DNA of 64,000 nt, taken from contig CAWJPN010000001.1 of NCBI GenBank assembly GCA_963844765.1, positions 218,565 through 282,564 on the forward strand. Direction: 5' to 3'. The position numbers were made by a program, and so were the translations under genes. Shown piece by piece: positions 47,038 through 60,985 of the stretch. The notes under the pieces were generated by a model, which was not told where the DNA came from, made no database searches, and worked only from the letters and a program-made list of their open reading frames with translations. This DNA is from an uncultured Solirubrobacterales bacterium. Its GTDB lineage: Bacteria; Actinomycetota; Thermoleophilia; Solirubrobacterales; Solirubrobacteraceae. Each line of letters starts with the position of its first letter. The stretch's first letter is position 1.

Positions 47038-48216
47038 ATGCGCGAGCCCACGGCATATGTCCTGCTCGGAGACGGCACGCGCTTCGACGGCGAGGCCTGC
47101 GCGGCGCCCGGCCACGCGGTGGGGGAGGTGGTGTTCACGACGGGCATGTCCGGCTACCAGGAGTCGGTCTCAGACCCCTCGTTCGCCGGTCAGCTGATCA
47201 CCTTCACCTACCCGCACATCGGCAACTACGGGGCCAGCGCCCGCGCGATGGAGTCAGAGCGCCCGTGGGCGCGCGCGGCGATCATGCGCGCCGCGACCAA
47301 CCGCGAAGACGCCCCCGAGGCCGAGCGCGGTTGGCTGGATTGGCTGCAGGACTGCGGCGTGCCGGGCATCACCGGCGTGGACACCCGCGAGCTGGTGCGC
47401 CACATCCGCGAGGCCGGCGCGATGCGCGGCGGCCTGTTTCCCGCCGAGGTGCCCCAGGCCGAGGCGCAGGCGATGATCGAGGCCGAGCCGCCGATGGACG
47501 GCCAGGACCTCGCCGCCACGGTGACGCCCCGCGAAGTGACCCACCACGGCAACCAGCCCAACGGTGCCGGCGCAGGCGGGCCGCACATCGCGGTGCTCGA
47601 CACGGGCATCAAGGGCTCGATCGTGCGCAACCTCGTGGCGCGCGGAGCGCGCGTGAGCCTGTACCCCTGCACGACCCCCGCGCAGGAGCTGCTGGACAGC
47701 GACGCCGAGGCCATCTTCCTATCGAACGGCCCGGGCGACCCCGCGGCGCTCGGGTACGTGGTGGACACCGTCCGCCAGCTGGTGGGCCACCGCCCGGTGT
47801 GGGGCATCTGCCTGGGCCACCAGCTGCTCTGCCGGGCCGTGGGCCTCGACACCTTCAAGCTGCCCTTCGGCCACCGCGGCGCGAACCACCCGGTGAAGGA
47901 CCTGCAGACCGGACGCATCGAGATCACCTCCCAGAACCACGGCTTCGCGGTCGTGGGCCCCGGCGGCCAGCGCACGATCGACGCCGACGAGCCCGTGCGC
48001 TGGGAGACCGACTTCGGCACAGCCCAGCTATCGCACGTGAACCTCTACGACCGCACGGTGGAGGGCCTCGAGCTGCTGGACGTGCCCGGCGGCACGGTCC
48101 AGTACCACCCCGAGGCAGGGCCCGGCCCGCACGACAGCCTCTACCTTTTCGACCGCTTCTTGGAAAGAATTAATGAGGCCCCCACAAGGGGGGCCGGCGA
48201 GGGTCGCGTAGCCTGA
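47038..48216 (+). CDS. carA: Carbamoyl-phosphate synthase small subunit
   Basis: GEVVFTTGMSGYQE, GICLGHQ, QYHPEAGPGP. Confidence 0.96.
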   Translation: MREPTAYVLLGDGTRFDGEACAAPGHAVGEVVFTTGMSGYQESVSDPSFAGQLITFTYPHIGNYGASARAMESERPWARAAIMRAATNREDAPEAERGWLDWLQDCGVPGITGVDTRELVRHIREAGAMRGGLFPAEVPQAEAQAMIEAEPPMDGQDLAATVTPREVTHHGNQPNGAGAGGPHIAVLDTGIKGSIVRNLVARGARVSLYPCTTPAQELLDSDAEAIFLSNGPGDPAALGYVVDTVRQLVGHRPVWGICLGHQLLCRAVGLDTFKLPFGHRGANHPVKDLQTGRIEITSQNHGFAVVGPGGQRTIDADEPVRWETDFGTAQLSHVNLYDRTVEGLELLDVPGGTVQYHPEAGPGPHDSLYLFDRFLERINEAPTRGAGEGRVA

Positions 48217-48407
48217 TGCCCAAGCGCAGCGACATCCAAAGAGAGATTGCGGAGACGACTCGATGAGCGCCTTCGTAGGTGAGAGGGCTGTTTGGAGGGC
48301 CGGCTTCGCCGGCCCGGTCGGCCCCATAAAATCGACGGGCTGGATGCCCGGCGGGGCACTTCAATGTCGGGGCGTTGGCCCAGGCCCCGCGTGGATGGAC
48401 ATCTGAA

Positions 48408-51556
<3,149 letters not shown>

Positions 51557-51560
<4 letters not shown>

Positions 51561-52360
51561 GCCGCCAGACAGCCCCCCTCGGCCGGCGGCTGCTGACGGT
51601 CACCGGCATCGATGAGCTGGGCGCCTACCGCGTGTTGCGCGTGGCCGATGACGGCCCTGCCCCGCAGCCGGGGCAGTTCGCGATGCTTGCCGCGGCGGAG
51701 GGCTGGGGGGCGGGGGAGGACGAGCGTCCCTTCCTGCCCCGCGCGTTCTCGGTCGCACGGTGGAGGGGGGGAGAGGCGCACTACCTGCTGGAGGACGTCG
51801 GCCCTGGCACGCACCGTCTGTGTGAGCTGCGCGCGGGGGACGGCGTGTGGCTGCTCGGGCCGCTTGGCGTGGGGTTCACCGCGCCTGCCGACGGGCGCCG
51901 CGCGATCCTGGTCGGTGGCGGGGTGGGCATCGCGCCGCTCGCCATCTGGCAGGACGCGCTGGGCGAGACCGCGACGGTGCTGTTGGGCTTTCGCGACGGT
52001 GCGCGCGCCATGGGTGCTGGGCTGCTGCACGATGCTCAGGTGGTGACCGACGATGGCTCCGTCGGTCACCACGGCCTCGTCACCGACCTGCTCGCCTCCG
52101 AGCTCGACCGGGACGCGCACGCCACCGTCTACGCCTGCGGGCCCGCGCCGATGCTCGAGGCCACCCGCGCGCTGTGCGCCGCCCGCGGGATCCCCGCCCA
52201 GCTGGCGCTCGAGTCCGGCATGGCGTGCGGTTTCGGTGCCTGCTTCGGCTGCGTCGTGCCCGTGCGCGGGGGCGGCTACGCGCGCGTGTGCGTGGACGGC
52301 CCCGTGCTTGACGCCGCTCGGTTGGAGCGGGTTGAGGCGCACGCTGGGGCGCCGGCGTGA
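51557..52360 (+). CDS. pyrK: Dihydroorotate dehydrogenase electron-transfer subunit
   Basis: [28 protein letters not shown]. Confidence 0.93.
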
Positions 52361-53298
52361 GTGACGGCATGAGCGTGCGTTTTTGTGGACTGGAGCTGGC
52401 GCACCCGGTGATCAACGCCTCCGGCACCTTCGACCTGCTCGCCGCCCACGCCGCCTTCGGCGAGTCGCTGCTGGGGGGCTTCCCCTTCGCTGCCTTCGTA
52501 TCCAAGACAATCACCCTTGAGCCTCGCCACGGCAACCCCCCGCCGCGCCTGTGGGAGACCCCGGCGGGGATGGTCAACTCGATCGGCCTGCCCAACAAGG
52601 GCCTGGAGGGTTACCTGGCCTCAGATCTGCCCGCGTTGAGCGCGCTGTTGGAGGAGGCACGCATCTCCCCGGCCACCGGCACCGGCCCCCCGAGTACCCC
52701 GATTGCCCGCCGGGCCGCGCCACCGCTGATCACCAACGTGATGGGCTCCACGGCCGCCGAGATCGCCACGCTGTTCGAGGCCTGCGAGCGGCGCCCGGAG
52801 ATCGCCGCCGTCGAGCTCAACGTGTCCTGCCCCAACGTCGAGACGGGCCTTGACATCGGCGCCGACCCGGCGTTGCTGGAGGCGGTCCTGCGCGAGGTGC
52901 GCTCCTCTCTCACAAAGCCTCTGGTGGTCAAGCTGACCCCCAACACCGCTGACGTCGCAGCGTGCGCGCAGGCGGCTGAGGCCGGTGGCGCCGACGCCGT
53001 GTCGCTGATCAACACGCTGCGCGCGATGGCGCTTGAGCCGGGCGCCTCCACACCATGGCTCGGCGGTGTCACGGGCGGCCTCTCCGGCCCGGCGATCCGG
53101 CCCGTCGCGCTCGCCCAGGTCGCCGCGGTGGCCGCCCGCGTGTCGATCCCCGTGGTGGGCATGGGCGGGGTGCAGAGCGCCCGCCACGCGTGTGAGCTGC
53201 TGAACGCAGGCGCCACTCTCGTAGCGGTCGGGACCGAGAGCTTCCGTGACCCCGGTGCCGGTGTGCGCATCGCGCGTGGGCTGGCCAATCCCGACTGA
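52357..53298 (+). CDS. pyrD: Dihydroorotate dehydrogenase B
   Basis: NASGT, NSIGLPN, ELNVSCPN, GGLSGPAI. Confidence 0.95.
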   Translation: MSDGMSVRFCGLELAHPVINASGTFDLLAAHAAFGESLLGGFPFAAFVSKTITLEPRHGNPPPRLWETPAGMVNSIGLPNKGLEGYLASDLPALSALLEEARISPATGTGPPSTPIARRAAPPLITNVMGSTAAEIATLFEACERRPEIAAVELNVSCPNVETGLDIGADPALLEAVLREVRSSLTKPLVVKLTPNTADVAACAQAAEAGGADAVSLINTLRAMALEPGASTPWLGGVTGGLSGPAIRPVALAQVAAVAARVSIPVVGMGGVQSARHACELLNAGATLVAVGTESFRDPGAGVRIARGLANPD

Positions 53299-53423
53299 AA
53301 ACCCCTGCAAACACCAGTTCTCACCGTCCACTACCCTCTACATTGCTGAACCTCAACTTGAGGTTCAGGTCAATTCGGGACTTTCCTTTGCTCGCGGCGC
53401 GCGGGTCTGTAGACTCGCCGCCC

Positions 53424-53768
53424 ATGGCAATGGCGACGGGCACGACGTCCCCTCCTCACGCGGCGGCCCCCGAGCGCTCTCTGAACCAGAGGATGGATGC
53501 CCTCGCGCGGGCAAACCTGATCCGCACCCGGCGTGCCCAGCTCAAACGGGACCTGCGCTCCGGGCGCCTGTCGATCCACACGCTGCTGCTCAACCCGCCG
53601 GAGTACATCGAAACCGCCAAGGTCTGCGACATGATGCTGGCCGTCCCCAAATACGGGCGCGTGAAGGTCAACAAGATCCTCGCCCACTGCCGCATCTCGC
53701 CGAGCAAGACGATCGGCGGTCTGTCAGAGCGCCAGCGTTCCGAGCTTGTGTCGTTGCTGCGACGCTAG
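53424..53768 (+). CDS. mihF: Actinobacterial integration host factor
   Basis: ALARAN..R..LK, LAVPKYGRVK, GGLSERQR; position before gmk. Confidence 0.88.
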   Translation: MAMATGTTSPPHAAAPERSLNQRMDALARANLIRTRRAQLKRDLRSGRLSIHTLLLNPPEYIETAKVCDMMLAVPKYGRVKVNKILAHCRISPSKTIGGLSERQRSELVSLLRR

Positions 53769-53839
53769 TGGCCGGCGCCTCGCTCAGCCCCCGCGCTCCC
53801 GGCATTCGTTCCCCCGATCCTGGCACTAGGGTGCGCGAC

Positions 53840-54397
53840 GTGACGGCGCGCGTGTTTGTAATCACCGGCCCCTCCGGGGTGGGCAAGGGAACGCTGATCC
53901 GTGGGCTGATGGAGCGTATGGGAGCGCTCGAGCTGTCGGTCTCAGCGACCACCAGAGCCCCTCGCGCGGGGGAGCGCGATGGCGTTGACTATCACTTCCT
54001 CACGCGCGAGGACTTCGACCGGCGCGTGGCCGCCGGCGACTTCGTCGAGCACGCCGACTACGCCGGGCGCAGCTACGGCACGCTGCGCTCGGAGCTCGAG
54101 AGTCGTGTGCGCGCGGGGGTGCCCGTGGTGCTTGAGATCGAGGTGCAGGGCGCCCGTCAGGTGCGCGCCGCGCTGCCCGACGCGGTGCAGGTGTTCATTG
54201 CGCCGCCCTCCCTTGCCCATCTGCGCGAACGGCTGGAGAAGCGTGGGACCGACGACCCCGAGGAGGTCGAGCGGCGCCTGCGCGTAGCCGAGGCTGAGCT
54301 GGCCGCCCAACCCGAGTTCGCCCACGTGGTGGTCAACGACCACCTCGAGGACGCGCTGCAGGAGCTGACCGGCATCGTCGCCGGAGAGATCGGCTGA
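53840..54397 (+). CDS. gmk: Guanylate kinase
   Basis: GPSGVGKGT, SATTRAPR.GE.DG.DY. Confidence 0.96.
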   Translation: MTARVFVITGPSGVGKGTLIRGLMERMGALELSVSATTRAPRAGERDGVDYHFLTREDFDRRVAAGDFVEHADYAGRSYGTLRSELESRVRAGVPVVLEIEVQGARQVRAALPDAVQVFIAPPSLAHLRERLEKRGTDDPEEVERRLRVAEAELAAQPEFAHVVVNDHLEDALQELTGIVAGEIG

Positions 54398-54449
54398 GCG
54401 CTCTGCGCACACTACACTTGAGGCTCAACCACGAAAGGCCGACCCCAAA

Positions 54450-54677
54450 GTGATCTCCCCCCGCATTGACCGTCTGCTCGAGAACGTCGACTCCAACTAC
54501 GCCTCCGTGCTGGTCGCCGCCAAGCGCGCGCGGCAGATCAACAGCTACTACCACAACCTCGGCGAGGGCACCTTCGATGAGTTCCCGCCGCCTATGATCG
54601 AAACGGTCTCCAAGAACTACCTCACGATCGCCCTCGAGGAGGTAGCCGCGGGAAAGATCAAATACCACTACCGCTGA
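54450..54677 (+). CDS. rpoZ: RNA polymerase omega subunit
   Basis: YASVLVAAKRARQI, IALEEVAAG. Confidence 0.93.
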   Translation: MISPRIDRLLENVDSNYASVLVAAKRARQINSYYHNLGEGTFDEFPPPMIETVSKNYLTIALEEVAAGKIKYHYR

Positions 54678-54716
54678 GGCGCGGCGTCCTGCGCGACGCG
54701 CCGGCTCTGAAGCCCT

Positions 54717-56009
54717 ATGTCACGAATACTCCTCGGCGTCAGCGGTGGCATCGCCGCCTACAAGGCGCTTGAGTTCATACGCCTGGCCACCGCCGCGGGG
54801 CACGCGGTGCGGGTGGTGCAGACGCGCTCCAGCCAGAGCTTCGTCGGGGAGGCGTCCTTCGCGGCGCTGAGCGGCGCGCCGGTGCTCACGGATGAGTTCA
54901 AGCGCGACCCCATGCGCGGTGCGTTCCCCGGGCAGCCGCCCCCCGCGCACGAGCCGCTGAGCCATCTGGAGCTGGTCGCCAACGCCGACATCTACCTGAT
55001 CGCGCCGGCCTCGGCCAACACGCTGGCCAAGCTCGCCCACGGGCTGGCCGAGGATCTGCTCAGCATCGCGGCGCTGGCCGCCACCTGTCCGCTGGCGGTG
55101 GCGCCGGCGATGAACAACGCGATGTACGAACACCCGGCTACGCAGGCCAACCTGCAGGTGTTGCGTGAACGTGGCGTGCACGTGGTGGAGCCTGGGGTGG
55201 GGCGTCTTGCGTCGAAGGGCGAGCAGGGAGTGGGTCGCCTGGCAGAGCCCGCGCGTCTGCTGGAGGCGTGCGAGGCCCTGCTCACCGGCGCCGACACGGA
55301 CGACGGTTCGGCACGCGCCGCTGCTGTGAGCGGCGACGGCCCTGTCGCTGGCGCCTGGCGCGGCCTGAACGTGCTCGTCACCACCGGCGGTACACGCGAG
55401 CCGATCGACAGCGTGCGCTTCCTGGGCAACTGCTCCTCCGGGCGCATGGGGCTCGCCCTCGCCCAGGCGGCTCACGCGCGCGGCGCGCAGGTGACGGTGG
55501 TCGCGGCCAACGTCGCGCTGCCCCACCCGCCGGGGGTGGCCTGGCGCGAGGCGCCGACCGCCGCGGCGTTGCAGGCCGCCTGCGAAGCGGAGTTCCCCGC
55601 CTGCGACGTGTTGCTGATGGCGGCCGCGGTAGCCGACTTCCGACCGCTGGCGCCCGCCAACGGCAAGATCAAAAAGGCCGGACAGGAGCGTCTGCGCCTG
55701 GAGCTCGAAGCTACGCCCGACGTGCTGTGCGGGCTCGCCGCCCAGCGACGTGAGGGCCAGACGCTCGTGGGGTTTGCCGCCGAGCACGGCGAGGGGGCGC
55801 TGGAGTACGGGCGCGGCAAGCTCAGGGAGAAGTGCCTGGACGCCGTCGTCGTCAACGACATCTCGCGCGCTGACATCGGCTTTCAAGCGTCTGAGAACGA
55901 GGTCACGATCCTCACCGCCACGGGCGAGCGACACGTGCCGCGGGCGGGGAAGGACGCGGTCGCCGAGTCGATCCTCGACGCCGTCGCAGCGCTGCGAGCC
56001 GCGCGCTGA
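54717..56009 (+). CDS. coaBC: Bifunctional PPC synthetase/decarboxylase
   Basis: GGIAAYKA, APAMN, TREPIDSVRF, GFAAE. Confidence 0.95.
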   Translation: MSRILLGVSGGIAAYKALEFIRLATAAGHAVRVVQTRSSQSFVGEASFAALSGAPVLTDEFKRDPMRGAFPGQPPPAHEPLSHLELVANADIYLIAPASANTLAKLAHGLAEDLLSIAALAATCPLAVAPAMNNAMYEHPATQANLQVLRERGVHVVEPGVGRLASKGEQGVGRLAEPARLLEACEALLTGADTDDGSARAAAVSGDGPVAGAWRGLNVLVTTGGTREPIDSVRFLGNCSSGRMGLALAQAAHARGAQVTVVAANVALPHPPGVAWREAPTAAALQAACEAEFPACDVLLMAAAVADFRPLAPANGKIKKAGQERLRLELEATPDVLCGLAAQRREGQTLVGFAAEHGEGALEYGRGKLREKCLDAVVVNDISRADIGFQASENEVTILTATGERHVPRAGKDAVAESILDAVAALRAAR

Positions 56010-56156
56010 ACCAGCCGCGGAGCGAGGCGGCCGTCTGTGCGCCGGGGCTTGAAGGAATCCTCCCAGGAGCAGGTCAACCGAGGCGCCCCAGCGCGCCGAT
56101 GCTATTCTCGATCGACAGCTTTCGTGCCCGCGTGCAGACGCCGGCAGTCGTACCGG

Positions 56157-56182
56157 GAGTGGGCGGTGAGCCCGCTCTTTTT
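56157..56182 (+). promoter_or_regulatory. rimP leader hairpin / attenuator-like
   Basis: GAGTGGGCGGTGAGCCCGCTCTTTTT upstream of rimP. Confidence 0.6.
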
Positions 56183-56200
56183 AATGTCAGGAGGAAGTCA

Positions 56201-56635
56201 ATGAGCGCAATGCAGACAGAGATCGAGCAGCTGTTGGCCCCGGGCGAGCCCGAGGTCGAGGTGCTGCTGGCCGAGGTCGTCGGCGACACCCTGCGCGTGT
56301 TCATCGACTACCCCGACGGCGTCACGCTCGCTGTGTGCGAACGCGTCACGCTGGCGCTGGCGCCGCTGCGCGAGCGCTACGCGCTGGAGGTCTCCTCGCC
56401 GGGCTGTGAGCGTCCGCTGACCAAGCCCGACCACTTCCGCCGCTTCGTGGGACGGCGCGCGCGGGTGCGCACGCGCGCGCCCAGGGGGCGGGTGGGGACT
56501 TGTTCCCGGGGGCGGCGCTCCTTCACCGGGGAGCTGGTGGGGGCCACCGACAGCGAGATCACCCTGGCCGCCGACGGGAGCATCATCGCGATCCCCTACG
56601 CGCAGATCCATCGTTCCAACCTGGTCGAGGAGTAG
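56201..56635 (+). CDS. rimP: Ribosome maturation factor
   Basis: LEVSSPG.ERPL; RBS AGGAGG. Confidence 0.92.
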   Translation: MSAMQTEIEQLLAPGEPEVEVLLAEVVGDTLRVFIDYPDGVTLAVCERVTLALAPLRERYALEVSSPGCERPLTKPDHFRRFVGRRARVRTRAPRGRVGTCSRGRRSFTGELVGATDSEITLAADGSIIAIPYAQIHRSNLVEE

Positions 56636-56638
56636 CCC

Positions 56639-57916
56639 ATGTCACGCGAAATCCTGGAAGCCATGCACGCGCTGGCGCGCGAGAAGGGCATCGAGCCCGA
56701 GAAGCTGATGCTCGCGCTGGAGGACGCGCTGCTCTCCGCCTACAAGAAGCAGCCCGGCTCGGCCAAGTACGCGCGCGTGGAGATGGATCGCGAGACCGCC
56801 GACTTCCGCGTCATCGAACTGATCATCCCCGAGCGCCTGGAGGCGCACCTGATCGTCGAGACGATCGACGAGGGCACGGTCGTGGACCCCGAGACGGGCG
56901 AGCTGCGCGAGCCCGAGGACCCCGAAATCGACCCCGCCAAGTTCGCCCAGTACCGCGACCAGATCGGCGAACGCGACGTGACGCCCGATGACTTCGGGCG
57001 GATCGCCGCACAGACCGCCAAGCAGGTCATCCTGCAGCGCATCCGCGAGGCCGAGCGCGACATGATGTTCGAGGAATACCGCGACCGCGTGGGCGAGCTG
57101 ATCACCGGCATTGTGCAACAGTCGGACTCCCGCTACACGCTCGTGCAGCTGCGCGAGCGCGTGGAGGCGCTCTTGCCCAAGTCAGAGCAGGTCGAGGGCG
57201 AGCGCTACGACCACTCCCAGCGCATCAAGGCCGTCATCAAGGAGGTCTCGCCCTCCACCAAAGGCCCCTCGATCATCGTCTCCCGGCGCGACCCGGAGCT
57301 GATCAAGAAGCTGTTCGAGCTCGAGGTCCCGGAGATCGCCGACGGCCTCGTGGAGATCGCCAACGTCGCGCGCGAGCCCGGCTACCGCTCGAAGATCGCG
57401 GTCATCTCCCACACCGACGGCGTGGACCCCGTCGGCGCCTGCGTGGGCCCGCGCGGCTCGCGCGTGCGGATGGTCGTCTCCGAGCTGCGCGGCGAGAAGA
57501 TCGACATCATCCCCTTCAACGACGAGCCCGCGCGCTTCGTCGCCAAAGCGCTCTCTCCCGCACGGGTGCGCGAGGTGCTCGTCGACGACGAGGCCAAGCA
57601 GGCCACCGTGATCGTGCCCGACGACCAGCTCTCGCTGGCGATCGGCCGCGAGGGCCAGAACGCGCGTCTGGCGGCGCGCCTGACCGGCTGGCGCGTAGAT
57701 ATCCGCTCGGAGACCGAATTCGCCGCCGAGGAGGCCGAGCACGGCTACGAGGAGGAGGAGGTCCAGGGCCGCTGCGCCGCCGTCCTCTCCAACGGCCGAC
57801 GCTGCCCCAACGCCTCGCTCCCGGGTTCGCGCTACTGCGGCCTGGACAGCCACCAAGCGCTGGCCGCGATCGCCACCGACAACATCGCCGACCTCGCCCC
57901 GGAGACCGCGCCATAA
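56639..57916 (+). CDS. nusA: Transcription factor NusA
   Basis: FGRIAAQTAKQV, S1 and KH domains, AIGREGQN. Confidence 0.96.
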   Translation: MSREILEAMHALAREKGIEPEKLMLALEDALLSAYKKQPGSAKYARVEMDRETADFRVIELIIPERLEAHLIVETIDEGTVVDPETGELREPEDPEIDPAKFAQYRDQIGERDVTPDDFGRIAAQTAKQVILQRIREAERDMMFEEYRDRVGELITGIVQQSDSRYTLVQLRERVEALLPKSEQVEGERYDHSQRIKAVIKEVSPSTKGPSIIVSRRDPELIKKLFELEVPEIADGLVEIANVAREPGYRSKIAVISHTDGVDPVGACVGPRGSRVRMVVSELRGEKIDIIPFNDEPARFVAKALSPARVREVLVDDEAKQATVIVPDDQLSLAIGREGQNARLAARLTGWRVDIRSETEFAAEEAEHGYEEEEVQGRCAAVLSNGRRCPNASLPGSRYCGLDSHQALAAIATDNIADLAPETAP

Positions 57917-57924
57917 CCGGCCAT

Positions 57925-58212
57925 GTGCCCCGGCGCAAGTGCGTCGGCTGCGGGCGCGTGGCGCCGAAGGCCGAGCTGGTGCGTCTGGCCGCGAGCGGTG
58001 AGGGTCGCCAGCGCGTCGCGGTGTTCGATCTTGAGGGCGTGCTACCCGGGCGCGGAGCCTACCTGTGTCGTGGCCGCACGAGGTGGGCTGAGGATGAGCT
58101 GGGTCTCAATCCGGAGTGCGTGTTGCTCGCCGAGCGACGCGGAGGTGTTGCCCGCGCGTTGCGCTGCAAGGTGAAGCTGGCTCCCGAACTCGTAGAATCG
58201 TTGAATACATGA
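57925..58212 (+). CDS. ylxR: YlxR/DUF448 family protein
   Basis: RKCVGC, GRGAYLC; between nusA and infB. Confidence 0.85.
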   Translation: MPRRKCVGCGRVAPKAELVRLAASGEGRQRVAVFDLEGVLPGRGAYLCRGRTRWAEDELGLNPECVLLAERRGGVARALRCKVKLAPELVESLNT

Positions 58213-60437
58213 AGAAGCGCGTACATGAGATCGCTAAAGAGCAGGGCATTACGAGCAAGGAGCTGCTGGAGAAGCTGCACGCTGCCGGCGTCGATGCCAA
58301 AGCCGCTGCGTCTTCGATCGACGAGGCCGCTGCACTGAAGGTGCTTGGCTCAAATGGTGCGTCCGCGCCGGCACCGGTGGCGGCGCCATCACCGCCTCCG
58401 CCTCAGCCCGTAGCGAGTGCTCCAGAGGCCCCGATCGACGCCGCCAAAACCGAGGCCGAGCGTGTGCGCCCCACGCGCGATTCGCGCACCGGCGAGCGCG
58501 CTCCTGCCGCCGCCGGGCCGGGGGGTCGCCGCCGCGTGGTGATCGACTCCCAGGCATCGCGCCGTCAGCAGGGCGGGCCGGCTAACCAGCCCCAGCGCCG
58601 CCCGCGCCGTGGGCGCCGCCGGCGCGGGACCTACGACGAGACGATCGCGCCGATCGACACCGCCGCGATGGAGGCCACCGATCTGGTGCGCATCAACTCC
58701 GGCGCGACCGTCAAGGACGCCGCCGAGTACATGGGCGTGCCGGTGCCCGAGGTGATCAAGAAGCTGATGTCGCTGGGGGAGATGGCGACGCTCACCCAGA
58801 CGCTCTCCGACGAGGCGATCCAGGTGCTGGCGGAGGAGTTCGACAAGGAGATCGAGATCGTCCACGCCGCCGACGACGTCGAACTGGAGCCCGTCTTCGA
58901 AGACGACGAGGCCGACATGGTCGACCGCCCGCCGGTGGTCACGATCATGGGCCACGTCGACCACGGCAAGACCTCGCTGCTGGACGCGATCCGCAAGACC
59001 GAGGTGGCAGCCGGTGAGGCGGGGGGCATCACCCAGCACATCGGCGCCTACCAGGTGCGCCACGCCGGCAAGCAGATCACCTTCCTGGACACCCCCGGCC
59101 ACGAGGCGTTCACGGCGATGCGCGCCCGTGGCGCGCGCGTCACCGACCTAGCGGTGATCGTCGTCGCCGCCGACGACGGCGTCAAGCCGCAGACCGAGGA
59201 GGCGATCGACCACGCCAAGGCCGCGGAGGTGCCGATCATCGTGGCGGTCAACAAGATCGACAAGGAGGGCGCGCAGCCCGAGCGCGTGCGCACCGAGATG
59301 ACCCAGCGCGGCCTGCAGCCCGCGGAGTGGGGCGGGGAGACGGAGTTCGTGGACGTCTCGGCCAAGACGCGCGAGGGCCTGGACAGCCTGCTCGACACGA
59401 TCCAGGTCGTCACCGACCTGGAGGAGCTGAAGGCCAACCGCGACGCTGAGGCCTCGGGCACCGTGATCGAGTCTAAGCTCGACCCCGGCCGCGGACCGGT
59501 CGTGAGCGTGCTGATCCAGCGCGGCACGCTGCACGTCGGCGACGCGCTCGTAGCCGGCGCCAGCTTCGGGCGGGTGCGCGCGATGAGCGACTTCACCGGT
59601 ACCCGCGTGAAAGCCGCGCGGCCCGGCGAGCCTGTCGAGGTGCTGGGCTTCGACGGCGTGCCGGAGGCCGGCGAGCTCGTGCGCGTCGTCGAGAACGAGC
59701 GCCGCGCGCGCCAGCTCGCGGGCGAACGCGCCAACCGCCTGAAGACCGAGGCGCTGGCCCGGCGCTCGGGGCGCAAGATGTCGCTGGAGGACGTCTTCAA
59801 GCTCGCCCAGGAGGGCGCCATCAAGGAGCTCGGCCTGGTCGTCAAGGCCGACGTCGCGGGGTCGCTGGAGGCGATCGAGGACGAGATCGCCAAGCTGCCC
59901 CAGGACGAGGTCACCGTCAACATCATCCACCGCGGCGTGGGCGGCATCAACGAGTCCGACGTGATGCTCGCCGCCGCCTCCGACGGGGTGATCATGGCCT
60001 TCAACGTGCGCCCCGTGCAGGACGCCCGCCAGCTCGCCGAGCGCGAAGGCGTGGAGATCCGCTCCTACGCGGTGATCTACCGCGCGATCGAGGAGCTGCG
60101 CGCCGCGATGCAGGGCATGCTCGAGCCCGAGCAGGTCGAGTCCACGCTCGGCCAGGCTGAGGTGCGCCAGCTGTTCCGCGCCTCGCGTATCGGCGTGATC
60201 GCCGGCTCCTACGTCACCGAGGGCAAGGTCACGCGCGGCTCGCACGTGCGCGTCGTGCGCGAGGGCACCGTCATCTACGACACCACGATCGCCTCCCTGC
60301 GCCGCGTCAACGACGACGTGCGCGAGGTCGCCACGGGCTTTGAGTGCGGCATCGTGCTCGCCAACTTCCAGGATCTGCGCGAGGGCGACGTGTTAGAGAC
60401 GTATGAGACGCGCCAGGTAGAGCGTCAGCTGGCCTGA
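58209..60437 (+). CDS. infB: Translation initiation factor IF-2
   Basis: [20 protein letters not shown]. Confidence 0.97.
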   Translation: MKKRVHEIAKEQGITSKELLEKLHAAGVDAKAAASSIDEAAALKVLGSNGASAPAPVAAPSPPPPQPVASAPEAPIDAAKTEAERVRPTRDSRTGERAPAAAGPGGRRRVVIDSQASRRQQGGPANQPQRRPRRGRRRRGTYDETIAPIDTAAMEATDLVRINSGATVKDAAEYMGVPVPEVIKKLMSLGEMATLTQTLSDEAIQVLAEEFDKEIEIVHAADDVELEPVFEDDEADMVDRPPVVTIMGHVDHGKTSLLDAIRKTEVAAGEAGGITQHIGAYQVRHAGKQITFLDTPGHEAFTAMRARGARVTDLAVIVVAADDGVKPQTEEAIDHAKAAEVPIIVAVNKIDKEGAQPERVRTEMTQRGLQPAEWGGETEFVDVSAKTREGLDSLLDTIQVVTDLEELKANRDAEASGTVIESKLDPGRGPVVSVLIQRGTLHVGDALVAGASFGRVRAMSDFTGTRVKAARPGEPVEVLGFDGVPEAGELVRVVENERRARQLAGERANRLKTEALARRSGRKMSLEDVFKLAQEGAIKELGLVVKADVAGSLEAIEDEIAKLPQDEVTVNIIHRGVGGINESDVMLAAASDGVIMAFNVRPVQDARQLAEREGVEIRSYAVIYRAIEELRAAMQGMLEPEQVESTLGQAEVRQLFRASRIGVIAGSYVTEGKVTRGSHVRVVREGTVIYDTTIASLRRVNDDVREVATGFECGIVLANFQDLREGDVLETYETRQVERQLA

Positions 60438-60549
60438 GACGTCCATGCTCCTCACTTGCTGACCCCAAAGACCCTGGATCCTCGGTAAATTCGCTCCAGG
60501 ACACCCGGCCCCCCCGGGGGTGCGGGAGGGGTAGGATGAGTGGAGAGGG

Positions 60550-60916
60550 ATGAGCTCAGAACGTATGCGCCGCGTCGACGAGGCGATTCGCCAGGTGATC
60601 GGCGAGGCCGTGGCGGGAGATTCTGAAGGACCCAAGGGTGGGATTCATAACCGTGACCGATGTCAGGACCAGCGCCGACTTGAGCCATGCTCGCGTGTAC
60701 GTGAGCGTGCTCGGCGAGCAGGAGCAGCGCGAGGCCAGCATGGAGGGCCTGCGCAGCGCGCACGGCTACCTGCAGGGCCGGGTCGCCTCCGAGCTGTATC
60801 TCAAGCGCACCCCCACGCTGGAGTTCGCATACGACGACACGCTCGACCGCGCGTTGCGCGTGGATGCCCTCCTGGAGGAGATCGAGCCGCGTGGAGAGAG
60901 GGGTCCATCGAGATGA
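60550..60916 (+). CDS. rbfA: Ribosome-binding factor A with an apparent one-base insertion at about 60621
   Basis: MSSERMRRVDEAIR..GD then LKDPRVGFITVT..DL..ARVY..RTPTL.F in a shifted frame. Confidence 0.9.
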
Positions 60917-60985
60917 GCCCCCGGCAGAGAAGCTCTGCGGTGGCGCTCCTGAAGGAGATTCACCGCGCGTGAGGAAGGCACTCCT

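Noticed and set aside
53298-53424. Absence of pyrF between pyrD and mihF as a novelty
   Set aside because: pyr gene order is variable and pyrF may lie elsewhere in the genome
60550-60916. rbfA as a true pseudogene or programmed frameshift
   Set aside because: Both halves are well conserved and there is no slippery site; a one-base assembly error is more parsimonious
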